From: Ophelia neglecta
Taxonomy: Eukaryota
Assembly: GCA_965285935.1 (NCBI GenBank)
Contig: OZ260661.1
Coordinates: 94,054,001-94,118,000 of the forward strand
Direction of reading: 5' to 3'
DNA: 64,000 nt
Shown: positions 29,401 through 43,300 of the stretch, one piece after another
Numbering within the stretch: the stretch's first letter is position 1
How the letters are laid out: the number at the start of each line of letters is the position of its first letter
Position numbers and translations under genes: made by a program
Notes under the pieces: generated by a model
Database searches by the model: none
What the model saw: the letters and a program-made list of their open reading frames with translations, nothing else
What the model was told of the DNA's origin: nothing

Positions 29401-32400
29401 GAATGGCCAGCACGAAAACGCAGAGATTAGCAATTCAATTGCTACTTGACCGGAGATGTGTTCCACGATGCTCACGCCATTGGCGAAATGTTATAAAATG
29501 TCTTTATGGAATCGGGTAATTATATTGATTAGTGCCTATTGTAGCATCAGCCAATCATATTACAGCGTTTGGCCATGTGGTTCGTCAATATTGCTGCAAT
29601 ATGTGATAATGGCTGCGGAATTCGAGCTAACATCAGCATCAACGAGCAGATAAAATGGAGATTTTTCGGAGAGTGTTTTACGACCAACATCAATAGCATG
29701 ATGGAGGGGCCCTTTAGTCTCACCATGGGGTCATAATATCACAAACAAGTAAAAGCGCAGCGCTAAATAGACAGTATTGTGTACTATTATACAAGAAAAT
29801 AGCCACTGTATTCCTAGTCCAGTGGGATCTGTCAGTATAACACCTCAAGTTAATACTACAGCCTTAGTTACCCCATCTTACAGCATTAACCATTAAGATA
29901 AAGCACTGTATGTGCTTGAGACTCATCTGCCCGGGGTTTCTAAACCATTGATACACCAAGATATGGCAGTCTGGACTTGTCATGTGCCAACCGTCAAGCC
30001 AAATCCCCAGTAGCCAGGCATATCAGGAGCCACTGCAAAAGCAGACTCGGTGTCTGAAAATCCTTCATAAAATCACTGACTTTTGTTTGTTTTCAGGGAT
30101 CTATTGTCATTTCTATGACTGTCATCGGCAAGTTGATTTACGATTGCTCTACACCGGCATGAAAATGTCAACGATTTATCTCTAGTTTCTGAAATTTTGT
30201 TAAAATGTCAATCTAGCACTTAAGATTGGAAATTTCTTGTTGATATTGCCTATCTCCCTCTCTGTTAGTGCACGTCTGGTTTTGAAATTTCTGCTTATTC
30301 TAACTTCCCTCAAATCGGTGTTGATCAGAGAAAAAAGTGTGTAAGTAAGGATTGGGAAAGTAAACAGCGGGATTTATCAAAGATCTAGCAGCAGACAAAC
30401 ATGTGTATTTAGAAATCTGAGTTGTTGATTTTGTAGTTTGTTGTTAAACAGATTTGTAAGCAGACAGGTTTAGGATTTCTGGCTTCCTGCGGATTGTTGG
30501 GTAAACGCTAAATGTATACACTGTCAACTTTGATATTATACCCATGTCGGGATTGAAGTAATGATATTTTTGCTGGTGACTGATCCAAGAGTTTTTCTAC
30601 CATTAACATGCCTTTTGTGCCTGGTGTAGGTGTAGGTAGTGTGCTGGGCTGGAGATTTCTGGTATTGTTTAGTCCTCGTGGATACAGGAGCATGTGTTAT
30701 TGTTTATTGCAGACATTCTCTGTACATTGGGTCTGTTCCTGATCTGCCGCCCTTCTCTCTGACCCCATAGATCACATGAGCAGGGCTCCCCCTCCTGCTT
30801 GCAATAGCAGTAGCAATGCAACTTTAAAAGTTCCTCCAAAATTTAATCCACATTGCCGTGCATCAAATTTCGCTCATTCATCATTATTATCAGGGTTGAA
30901 TATCGTGATTGTGAAAGGCCAGGGTAGCTCTGTGGAGGGCGGCCCTTGAAAATTAATATTGGTACTTCTGCTGAGCCTAGGTGGGGTTATACAAGGGAGT
31001 TGCATTACATTTGGTGCAGTTATCGTATACTGTGCAAATTAATGTTGAAATGGAGCAAGCTGCTTAAATACACACAGTCTCAAGTCCCAGCCGAAGGCCA
31101 GTAATAGCAATCAGAAGCTTAGTTCACTTTAAGATGAGATGATCAAATAAAAATAGGAGAATGTGGGCCAGCTTTGGGCCCTCACCCCCCACCAACAGAT
31201 AGGGTTCATTCCTCCCCAAATCATTTCACCAGATGATATATTCTGCTTCACTATTGATAAGAATGTTTTGCCTGCCAGTAGTTATGCCCCCTTTATAGGA
31301 TCCTGCGACTGTTGAGCATAAATTATTGCGGTGGATTCCTAGACGGGGTCTGGCAATAAAAGATCTCTGCTGCTACCAAGCTGTGATCAGCTTGAATTCC
31401 GCCAAAGGGAAAATAAAATTGTTTTATTGTGAAATTTATGGGAATGAAATGCAACCAGATACTAAAGTTGCTGGCAAGTTAGATAACCTAAGAAAAGTTA
31501 ATATGTATGACAGTTAAAACCAGTGATAGCAGCTAGGCTGAGTTCTGACATTAACCTGTACATTTCACAACTGATTATCTTCTTACCACTTTATTTACAT
31601 GGCAAAAAGCGAACACAAAGCAAGTATGCCCGGGGCAGTGACACAGAGGCCTTATCCTCCGGCTGAGCTGGCTAGGAGCACAAGTTTCCGAAACGGAGGG
31701 GAAGAATTTTGTTTTGGCCATGTGGTTTGTGTTGTCATCAACGGTGGATGCCATCAGCTGTTCTGTTTTGCTCAATTTGCTTCATTGGTGATCATTAATC
31801 ACTTTTTTCTGCCGGTATTATGGGCCCCAGTGACAGGTTCGACATCTTCTCCATCTTGCCGAGTTGCTGTTGATTGCTTTCGGGAGGTCGGGCCAGCCCG
31901 ATGCTGCTTTCCAAGGCAAACTTTGCCGTTACACCAATCTAGGTGCTCTATGGTGATGTGGGCGACTGCTGAATTACCACCCCCCATCTCCCTCTAAAAA
32001 AACAGAGGAGCCGAGTAGAAAATTGGTAAAATCACCTGCAACTGATTTGTGCAATATCCGAATGTACACAGATGTGACCTGGCCATGGTTTGATATTGGG
32101 AGGTGTGTTTTTATGATTTTAAGGGGACAATTACTGGAGAAGGTAACTTGTTAGTGTAGAGCAGCCCAGCAGCGGAGCTGGCTACAGACCCTACAGATTC
32201 CAGAGCAGGCTAGGAGTTGTCTAGCTTGATCCATTGCAATAACATCGGTGGTCGTTAACTCGCAATTATTCAAAAGCTGGCTCAAAACTAGGAGAACATT
32301 CCCATGAAACCCGGCTGCCTCATAACATCTGTTGTTCTTACACAGCCGCATGGTTTCCAAAGTTTCTCTGGAATTCAACAGGAACAATTAACAAATGAAT

Positions 32401-35400
32401 TCAATCCTCCTCCTAAATAACCTGGGCTACAATAGTGTGGCTTAATAAATAGCTAGCTCTTTTTCTGCCACCCCCTCCATTGCCAACAGGCAACTATCCT
32501 GAAAATACAACATATGGGCCTGTAATGATTTACACTTCATACAAACTTGATACTGTTCCTAAACAGACTTGTGCCATTATGCTATGATAAAGGTGTGTAA
32601 GCCTCTGATGTGTATGCCGGTTATGAAGCCTAGATATGCCAGATCTGTTATTTTACTAAACTGCCTCCTACCTCCGCCTCCTAAGGCTGTGGTGGCCTTT
32701 GTAGGGTGGCATCACTCTCTCCCTTGTCCTTCCTGCCAATGCTGAGAGACCTGATAACTGGTAGGACTTTGTCTTTGTTAAATGACAGGCATGACACCAA
32801 ATACCTGGGTGGCCGGGCATGAAAACTATGAAATACATACAAGTACAGGGCTTGTTCTCAGTAACATGTAAAACTGCTAAGGGGAAGAGTTTAAATATTT
32901 CACATTCTTAATCTCAATAATACCCTGCTTTAATGAATTGAGCATAAGCAATTTTGTTTTTTGTTTGCATGGTTTGTTAGGATATTCATTCCTGTATAAA
33001 TGACTCCCCGTGCGTAAGCTATGCCCTGCTGCCCCCTCCCCCATAGCTGATCAGAACCCCCACCTCGTCCAAATTGAATGTAATGTGCCTATGATAGCCG
33101 TCCTGCAGCATTGTTTTGTGATTTATCTTGGTCAGTAGCTAATGATTGCAGCAATCACGCTGAAGACAATTAGGTTTTGTTCTGCACGCCATAAAAAGGG
33201 CCGTTTCTCTGATGATTTCCGAGCCCATCAGCATTTAATGTTGGCTTCATGAAGAGTCAGGTATGCAAATTGTTATCTCCCCGCCTGTCACCACATGGAA
33301 ATGATGTCTTGGGCAATCAGCAGAAATTACAAAATGGCAAATTGCCAGGCAAAAAATGATGGAATTGCAAGGATGTAATCTAGAGAGGGGAGCTTTAATA
33401 TTGGGCTGAGATGTCCTGGAGAATGGTCGCCAGCAAAAGGTGAAATTGGAGATTCATAACAATTTTTCCCCAGGAAGGGGCCTGCAATTACTTCTTGGGC
33501 AGGGGTCAGGCCAGTTGATTATGACAGGATCAGAAATCCGCTGCAAATCAGAGCAGATCGCATGCAAACGCCAATTGCAGCTGGCTCATTTAGTGGCTAG
33601 CAGCTGCAGAACATAGCTGAAATGAGCGATTTCATCTGATTAGACGAGATTATCAAATATTCAGGAAAAATGCCATCGCACCAAGTTCACCGATGTTAGT
33701 CAGGTAATTGTATTGCTGACAGTCCCCTTCGAAAGCAGGACAAATATGAACAAATACTGGCCGAATCGTCTGCTTGTTGCTCACAGATTAAAATAAAACT
33801 CTTTAGAGCCCCCTCTCTCCCAACCCCGCTCTTTAGGGAATGTTCTGCTGGGAGTGCTCGTAGGATCTAATTTGTAGGCCCAGTCAGGGATGGAAATTCG
33901 GGAGAGAAATTTTGATAACGGGCGAAAAACTGCAGCCGAGCAAGAAGTGAGTGCAGCATGAGATGAATACAATGTAATATTTTTGCCCATTGGAAATGAT
34001 TGGTTGCCATGGAAGGGGGTCATAGGCCACCCGTTTCCAAGTGCTCCAATTTGATGTCCATGTAGATGCTGCGTGCATGAGAGGGCAGCCAGATTAGTTC
34101 ATAACTGTTCCTACGTTCTTCCTCCACTTTGTAGTAATTCTGATTAACCAACAAACATAACCTCACAGAAAACTGGCCCTCGTGCTCGGCATCAAAATGG
34201 ACTGTAGAACGGCCACAATGATTGTCAGCCTCCTTAACGTCGCATTTAAGAATGCATCTAGCACAGCCGCTGGACGCCTCCTGACATGCAAAGTGTGAGA
34301 CAACTTTTGCATGATGTTCAATGCATCCCAGCAGGATATTATTGAAAATTATTGATTTCGATGAATTCCATTAGCAATATGATGATAATGATTTGAAAAT
34401 GGGCACCTTTTTTTTGTTTGACATCCTACGCATGGTGGGTTATTTTTTTGTTACATCCAGCTAATGACTGGGTAGAATAAGGCGATGCAAAATGTCATTC
34501 ATAGGGTGGTTTCTACCTGCAGTCTGCTGATGAATAGGATCCTAACATTACCCAATACAGTTGCATTATTGGAGATAAAGTTTCATTGGTCGACCTGCAG
34601 GTTAAGCTCATAGCCTAGTGGGTAATTTAGGTATCAGCAGCATTTCTCCAGATTCTAATGAGACCCGACTACAGAGAAGCGTTTTGCAAAGGAGGGTCGA
34701 GGATTGTCACCCGTGGGTGTTGGTCGAAAGTTTGGCTAAATTGAGCAGAATAAATTGTGTCTTATCGCGCTGTGTTCATGTCATTTCTGGAGAGTACAGA
34801 CGCTCCCTCTCCGTCCCCGAGCTCCCCTGTTGACCTGCCCCTAGCAAAATCATCCCAAACCGTTGGTTCTGGACTCGTTCTGGACCCGGCTTTGTCTTTG
34901 GGAATCTTTATCGCCCAGTGACATGCGGATGGTAGCAGATGAGAAATCTGACCCAGCGACCTCTGCAGATGTAACCTACCATATTTCCAATCTCCTGGTT
35001 GTTTGAGGGAGTCCGATGTAATTGTGGCTTGTCTGATAGTTTAGCTAGCTGGATGTGAATAGGCCCGAGCCGATTTGATGCCCTGCTCTAATCCCTCCCC
35101 CAGGATTGTTATTGCTAGGCTTCTATTAGCCGCAATCCCATGATAATGGACACTATTGCAAGTTTAATAAATTGAACAAATTTGTACATTTGAATGGAAT
35201 GAAAAGAGGGCTTACTGAGTGGGCAAACACAAAGTTTAAATTGCTTTGATACACTTGGTATTCCTGGTTTGGGTAATGCAGAGGCATATAGATAAACCAG
35301 GGGATACGTCAGATTGGATGAACTCTGGCGCTCCAAATTAAGTTTCACCATTTGGAATAGGCAGTGAAATGGGATCGGATGTAAAAATGCGGCATTTCGG

Positions 35401-38400
35401 GGGGACTTGAAGCTCAACTCCAATTCTGATATAAGCCCTGGGATCAGGGAGAATTGGCCTCATCATCTTGTTGATTTAGCCGAGGCCGCTTCTTAGTTTT
35501 CTCCCAAGACAGATGATGGAGCAGGTAAAGTCTGGGGATTGACATGGCTACAGCAGCAATGATGAATGTCCTGGCTGGCACCGCTCTCCATGTTCAAACC
35601 ATTGGCAGAACATGGCGAACAAGACTGGGATGAACTGCGCACAATGCAGGGGGAGAGAGGGGGTCGGCATTTGCAGAAAATCTCTCCCTATCTCTCACCC
35701 CAAAGTCTCACCCACATTTAACACAAAACAGTGTGAGAATGTGGGGCAGTTAGCACCATAGCCAACCCTCAGGTGTTTTGACTTGGCTGCAGTGGCAAAA
35801 CTGTAAAAATGGCTAGCCGAGGACATATATCTCAACACATTAGTGTGAAAATGGTGTCCAAAGCGATCCTCATAAACTAGTCACTTGAGGGCTACAGGAA
35901 GACTTGTTCCCCAACTGGCCATGGTAAAGTGAGATGCTAATTGTTTTCCTCCGTTTTGTTACCTGTACCATCTGAAAATGGAAAATTACCTGTCAAAATT
36001 ACCTTAACTTGTACTGGCTGTTTCAAACCGGGAAGAAATGGGGAAATAAAAAAAAATTGGTTGTCAAAAGAAAGGAATTTACAGAGCTTAAGTAGCTTGT
36101 TCATGTCACAGGAATTTTTCAAAATTATTACCTTGACCACACAATCTTTTGAACTAACTACTCTGAATATTTCAGATGGCAGGTCTTGGGTCATATAATA
36201 AGAGATAATTTTCCATCCATATAGCCAGGTTTGAAGAAGGTATCCAAACTCATTTGGCAATTTGGTGGCTGTCAAAATTGAGTCCATTTCGGTGTAGGTG
36301 GCAAATATTTGAGTGAATTTGAGAATGGGGCAAATATGAATAATACATAAAATGAAGTCCTTTGTACATAGTTTATTCCTCATCTGTCATTGTCAAAGTC
36401 ATGCCAATATGTTGTTCCTTTTAGTCAACCAAATATCGGGCAAAGGAAGCTACGCAATGAGCAGAGTGTCACCTGATGCGGCTGGTGTCACAGAAATTTT
36501 GACAGCTCAATTTTGCACGCTCTCCAGTTCAACCTATTCTAAAAGTTTGATAGATTTTGTCACCGGCTTCTTGCTATTTGTCACCTTCTGTTGCAATCTC
36601 CCATGAAATTAATTCTGCCCTTAAAGTCATGGCGGGATGAACTGGGTGACTTGGGCCAGAGTAGCTCTGTTGTAGGTATAGAAGACTAATGAAGAAAGTG
36701 GCCAAGAGGCCAAAACAAGTCAATAGAGGGTTTATTGCATGCATGGTACGAGGCAATATTTAACTTGGCCAAAATGGAGAGCTCTCTATGTGACAGGTGG
36801 GAAGAAATCAAGGACCCTTCGCCCCAACGCCACTCTTTCAATCTCCTATAAAAACTCCACATGGCAATCACTGGAAAATCAAATTGGTTAGTTTGAAGAG
36901 TAAAGTGTGCAAAATTATCACAAATAATTGTGCTTTGCTTTTGTTACTGTTCAACTTCTAGTTATTCATTGCGACAGTTGTTGACCATTGATGAGTCTAT
37001 CAAAATTGCCGCATCCAATTGAGATGGCAATGACTTGGAAAATCGACTGAAATGCTCTTAAGTGATAATAATCTGCAATATAATTCAAGTAGACTTGAGA
37101 TTGTGGTGGTTGAACACAGAAGGACTTATTGTTTATCTGTTGGCACCAAAACACAACTAGAGAAAGTTTCTTAAGGTTTTGTGCTGCGTTTTACATCAAG
37201 GGTATTTCCTATTTATACCTGAATTTGTAGTGGTGTAAAGATAATGTGATTAGGTAGCCCCCTTGGGTGACCATGTTACATTACAACGTCAGTTGATGCT
37301 TTCTTCCTGCACTCCCTTGTCCCCGGATATTAACTGAATATTGTCTGAATTTCACTGATTTCCTAGTCGCTGTCGCACAATCTGATTCATACAACCACAG
37401 GATTTGCAAAGGCTGTAAAATTGAAATTGCAACATTTTTGTGAACACCCGGATGTCGTAATTGGGATTGGTTGGAGCTTGGTGTATGCCCTTGTCAGTCT
37501 TGAGCCAGGAAAATTGTTGGAGAATTGTGCTGGGTGCCATTGTTACGCACAGGATGCAGGGCCCCATGCTTTCTTCCCTCGGAAATGGCTCGAGCCCTGA
37601 GATTTGACTGAAAATTATTTCCTTCTCAATGTGGAATGGAGATGGGTTTCTTCCTGGCAGCAGTCGTATTGCTCGCCATGTGACAAAAACTGCTGTTTGA
37701 ATTAATGATGGCCAGGAATATTCTCCCAACTCGGGCAAAATGGCTTTTTGGCTGTCTGAAAAAAATTGGTAGGTCAATTTAATGCCACTTTCAAAGGGGA
37801 AAGGATAATATAATTGGTTAGATTTTAGTAATAATTTTGATGTTCACTGGATATGGATGGTACAAATAAAATTTATGTGCATTATAAATAAAACAAACAC
37901 CTGCCATCATAAAAAAAATGAAAGGGTTTGAATGTGGGAATGTGAACATTGATCATTTGTGTTAGAATAAGTGGAATCCACTGGCCATAAAATGATACCG
38001 GTAATCACCCCACTAATTATATGTCCATGTGGATGGCAAATTATATCATTAAATTGTAGAGTATATCAAAGCAATTATAATGCTTTGATTTGTAGAATCG
38101 ATGGTAAGAGCAGAGAAAAACGATTTAATCACCCAATTAGCAGACCTGCAGGGCTTCAGTGGTGTAATTATACAAACTATAAGCAAGTGGATATGTCCAG
38201 AAGACACATAGTTTTATGGACTGTGCACAAGCCAGTTTTGAAGTTTATCAAATTGTGGAGGAAACAATAATAATTTTATGGTATTATTTTATTAATGGCC
38301 TATAATTGTTGCCGCCTGTTTTAGGGGCAGATTAGAGGGGAATGTTGGTGGGGTATGTTTTTGATGTGTGGCACAGGTTAGTACAGTAAATGTGAGACTG

Positions 38401-39806
38401 TTTTGATGTGCGGTAGTTATCATCCGGAGATGGTATGTATACTGGATACATCCAGTCCTTACCTAGTCATACAGCTACAAAATTACTTGCTATGGAGTTT
38501 TCATGGTCGCTGATTATCAGTCTTTGTAGACATCCTGCCGCTAATGGCAGAGGTCATGATTGTCTGCTACGCTTCACCGCTCCCCAATATACCCTTCTAC
38601 TGACTTTAGTTTTAATACTTCAAATTGACAGCCAGAGAGAGGTGCTTCAGATCGTGCAGACCACATAAATTACCTGCCTCTATTACTGACTTCAAATGGT
38701 GCATCTTTAGACTTTTTGTGTTTGACACAATGTGCAGTTAGAATGTGTGCGGCTAGACGGTGGAATAAAAGGTGGCCCCCTTTGCACTATCATGGGTCAA
38801 ACTGTTCATGAACCCCATTTCAATGTGCTTTATCATAGCCTCAAAAACAAAGCGGAGAGGCAAGGACAAATCTCTCAGTGGTTTTAATTCTCCCCATCAC
38901 CGGCTAATTGAGGGGCTGCAATGGCACAATTAAAAATGCTCATTTTCTTTGCAAGGAAGTAAACACTTGGCTGTTATCTTAGTTCCCTTATCGAAAAACT
39001 AATAATGTGGGGGTCGTTGGATTGGGCAGGGCAAATATGTTCAGGATCCGGGCTAGCCGGGTCCCAGAGCTGAAGGGTCTTACTAATCTGTTCAAGGACC
39101 ATAAGGGTAATAAAGTCATTGTCACTAGTCAGCTGAGTTGTTACTCTCAACACTGTCACTCTATCCACACCCCACTTTCCTAACCATGTTATCACTCCTA
39201 AGTCACAAGTCGTAACAATCATGAATAAATGTTGAAGTTTAACAGAGGTTTCTTAACGAATATTTAGCGACCAAACAAAACACAGTTTGGCTTCACAGTC
39301 GATTGGGACGGCAATAAAAGGCAGCACGTGATTTTAAAATGCCTGATTTGAAATGTAAATACAGTGTCCGATTTAAGTTGTGTCAATATTTTGTTAGCCA
39401 ATAGATGCCATTTGTGGCATGTGTGCCCGTCTGCTGTCAAGAGGGTGCCATAGCTTCCTTGCCGATTATTTTGTACCACACAAAGATACAGGTGCACAAA
39501 GACAGAGTAGACTGAATCAAATGGGAACCGCAAAGCTCTCGTTGACTTTGATGAAATTCATTCAATATTCATGAATCAAGGCTTAGCCATTATAACCTTG
39601 TATACTTCCACTCTCTTCGGTTTAGGGTTTGTTGGGACAACAAATTACTGTAGGATTACATTAGTCATCTACCAGTTAAATGGATAATTTGTTAGGTTAA
39701 TGATTTGCGGCTATTGTATAGAAGAGAAGCTCGTGAAAAATTCAAAAGCAATCACACAAGCGTAGTATCTACAATGAATAGAGAATAAATAGACTCACAC
39801 TGAATA

Positions 39807-39968
39807 CTAAAATGGGGATTATAAATATTTTTAACAAATATTTTTTAACTATTCATGCTCACCTAAGTCTTCAAAGAAGATACATACACCCTAAAATCGG
39901 GATTATAAATATATTAATCAAATATTTTTTAACCATTCAAGCTGAAGTCTTCAAAGAAGGGACATACA
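39807..39968. repeat. Imperfect tandem duplication, two copies of about 80 bp
   Basis: ctaaaatggggattataaatat...aagtcttcaaagaagatacataca (39807-39890) versus ctaaaatcgggattataaatat...aagtcttcaaagaagggacataca (39891-39968). Confidence 0.85.
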
Positions 39969-40197
39969 ATAAGTATTGTCATTTGGGATAAACATATTAC
40001 AAAATTAATGAGACTTGTGTTGATTTAATCAATGTATTCGTCTAAAGGACAGTTATCTTTGGATTAATCCATATTTCATCTTCTATGTCACCTGTAGGAA
40101 AGTATGAATGTTGTACACTGTATTGTATTTGCATATCTACTACATCTAAATTCATTGATTATAAATTATTTATTGACCAATGTATATTGTTTTGCAG

Positions 40198-40349
40198 GCG
40201 ATGGTTTAGACAATAGTATTGGGTCTGGTGACGGAGCAACTGACGAGGACTCAGAAACTCCCGGTGGGAGCAAACGACAGAAAAAACGTGGAATCTTCCC
40301 AAAAGTAGCAACAAATATTATGAGAGCATGGCTCTTTCAGCATCTAACG
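40198..40349 (+). CDS. Meis: Meis exon: (G)[50 protein letters not shown], homeodomain N-terminal arm and helix 1
   Basis: [23 protein letters not shown] is the diagnostic Meis TALE homeodomain start. Acceptor tattgttttgcag (AG 40196-40197), donor ACG|gtaaga at 40350, phase-0 end as in other Meis genes. Confidence 0.97.
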
Positions 40350-43300
40350 GTAAGAATAGATGGAACTTGTTATGTTGTAATGCTGTATTATATGCTAGCC
40401 TACTTAAATCTTGCTTAAATTTGACACGCTTAACTCACTGCATATTATACCGGACAATGTATGTCACTTTAATTTGAAGTTGGTAACTAATAATCTCATT
40501 AATTAATGAATAAATGGCACGGAGTAGCAAATTGATATATAGCAGTTAAACGCTTGTTACAGTTAAATGTTGTTTACTAATATGTATTTGAATTGTATTG
40601 GCTACTTATATATTTATATATATATATAAATGTATGATTTCATTCTACCATAGCTGGCATATTGATTTTACCTGATAAAATTCACATTTAATGCATTTTA
40701 TCTGTGTCCACATTAAACTGTGCTAGTTACCGTAGGTTTAGAACGTAGACTAGTTCTTTTTTCAGATGATTCTGCCTCACAGCTTCATTTCAGATGCCCT
40801 GCCCTGCCTCTTGCCATGTGTATACAGTTGTGCATGCCAGTGTCTGTTTAGTTTTTGTACATAGCTTAGTATTTTTTTTTCAATTTAATCAATAAGTAGA
40901 AAATTAGCCCTTTTTAAAAATTGCATGCATTTCACCCCCTCCATGTTCTTATCCCCTAAAAGCTCGCAAAATGATCAGCATAAAATATTAAATCATATTA
41001 CCCTTGTTAATGACATAACCCATATCTAGATGCGTCAATATGACAATGAAAGATGTTTTATGAGCAAGAAACTTAAGATATAATAGAGATTAGTTGGTCT
41101 GATTGTGTTGGTGTCTGAATTTATAGCAATTGTTCATGGATGTGGGAGCAATGGAAGGGAGAGCAATATCTGAGCAAGGAAACATGACTTTAATCATTTG
41201 GTGTCATGTGCTTGGCCATTCAGGGGAAGGATGGCCATTTGCCAGACATAATATTGTGCAGATCTGATGTAGTTGGGTTGTTAATGTGTGCAAGTCAGCA
41301 ACTATTGTGACAAGAGTGTGGAGACGAAACCATAAGATAGTCACCCAGCCGGAGGATACATGTAGCCTTTCATATCGTCTCTGTGGCGGAGGAGTAAAGA
41401 TACTCGGCTTCTTGGCTTCCAATTTGGCTCCCTCTTCATTCCGGCCTCCTCTTTGTGCCAATTCCCTATTGTAGCCTGGGTATAAGGCTACTTGAGAGTG
41501 AAGCTCCAGAAGTGCCCAGTGGGTATGTCATCTGGCCAGATCCCCTGACTCTATTTAACGTCACTACGGCAGCCAAACAATGGCCGACGAGCCCGACCTC
41601 TCAGTTGCTCTGTGTCACTCTCCATAAGATTATCAATTCAGAAATATGAGATTAGGAATCTGCCGCTGAAAGAAAATACTGAGGCAATTAGCAACGGTGC
41701 CAGAGCATTTACCGAGTGAGGGATTGGGGAAACTACACCCTCTGGTGGCAGAAGGATGAACTATCTTCCTAAGCTAGTCGATAATCGGCGGTGGGAAAAC
41801 TCACATTTTATGCAATGATGTCACATCACAGCAATTGGAATATTTGCATAAATGTGCATGCCAGGGGCAGGAGGGGCTGCTCTTGGCCTGAACCTCTGGC
41901 AAATTGCAATAATGGTTGGGAAAAGCCATGCAGACTTTGCGAAGAAATTCCATAAATAAGTATGAATGGGGTTTGCAGATCAAAGATCTAAATCATCAAG
42001 GCCCTGCAAGTTCCATATGAATTTCTGCAATTTTCTATTTGCCGACACGCACATCCAGATGTAAGCGCTTATTGTTCTGTATTACCTGGGATGTGTTATT
42101 TGCATCTAAAAGTGGAGGTTTAGCTGGGTTGATTTAAGAGAGGAAAAGAAATACATTTAACAATTAGCCATCCTGCATGGAAATTGCCTTGAACACAATC
42201 CATGTTCTCAGGGAAAATATGTGTTGCAATACGGCCACTAAAGCTGTTGCCACATCGATGTAAGCGGAAGAAAAATCCACTATGATTTACCAGATAGTGC
42301 CTCTTGTCAATTTAACTTAGTAAAAATCACCCTCCATTCCCATTGATTTGTGTGGCACACAATCTACATTAAAAAGGACTATCTTCCTTTCTGCCAAATT
42401 GAAAGGAAAGATACTATTGCAATCACCCTGATTGTGGCTTTCTGAAGAATAATATCTTAATTTGGCGCATTGCAACCATCTATAGTAATTTCAGTGGGAG
42501 AAAGCGATGCTGTATGTATTATATCTGAGTTGTCACTGATGGATAGACATAGTATTTTGGCTTGTACAATGCCTTAATTATAGTCACAACCACTGATTGG
42601 ACAGTGTGACTGAACAATCCTGTGAAATGTCTTTCATCATAGACAATGGTCATTAATGCAGAAAAACAAAAAGCGACCAAAGAGAGCATTCAGAACCTGA
42701 TATCCTATCATTATAGGAGAAAATGAAAGGAAAAAAGCAGTTTGGAGCAGAAATGTTGCCCAGCTTGCCATTTACAGGTTGTGGAATTAGCCTAATTCAA
42801 GGGTTTTAATTTGCGAGTCCACCTGAGACCGATGGATGCAGTGGGCTCAGGACAGGTACAATGAATTGTGGGATGGAAGGCGAGCAGAGCCTCCAGGGGG
42901 AATCGGAGATTTTCTAATTCCTCAGGAATTGTTTTCCACACAGGCATGTTATATGGCCAACTTCATCACTGCACGTTGACAGTAATCTGCCTTTAATAAT
43001 AGAAGAGTGGAATTCAAGCACCAGTCGTTGTCATCCCGGCATTTCTACCATCGTGGAGAATCTGCTGGGCTTTGCCTGCGGCCGATTGGAGCTTACTGGG
43101 CTTTCTTCTCTTTGCTGTTCTTTTGTCCCCGACAAGAAGTTGGAGATATATGTACAAGAAAAAGGCAATCAGTCGTATCTTGGGATTTTCACACTGCTTA
43201 GAGTCTGGCTAATGGCTTGAGACTTTTGCAGGCCAAGACCTAACTGGTAAGCTTCAAGCCAGCAATCGCCTTTTGCTTCCAAGGCATCCCCCTAAAGATG

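Larger units (their letters stand above)
1779..40197 (+). other. Meis: Large GT-AG intron (38,419 bp) of the Meis gene, phase 1
   Basis: gtaggt...tttgcag. The flanking exons join in frame to give [12 protein letters not shown], matching Meis NSSEQG-DGLDNS. Small alternative exons inside cannot be excluded. Confidence 0.8.

Noticed and set aside
40104-40418. 104-aa ORF as a stand-alone gene
   Set aside because: Only 40198-40349 is Meis-like and bounded by splice sites; the flanks are intron.
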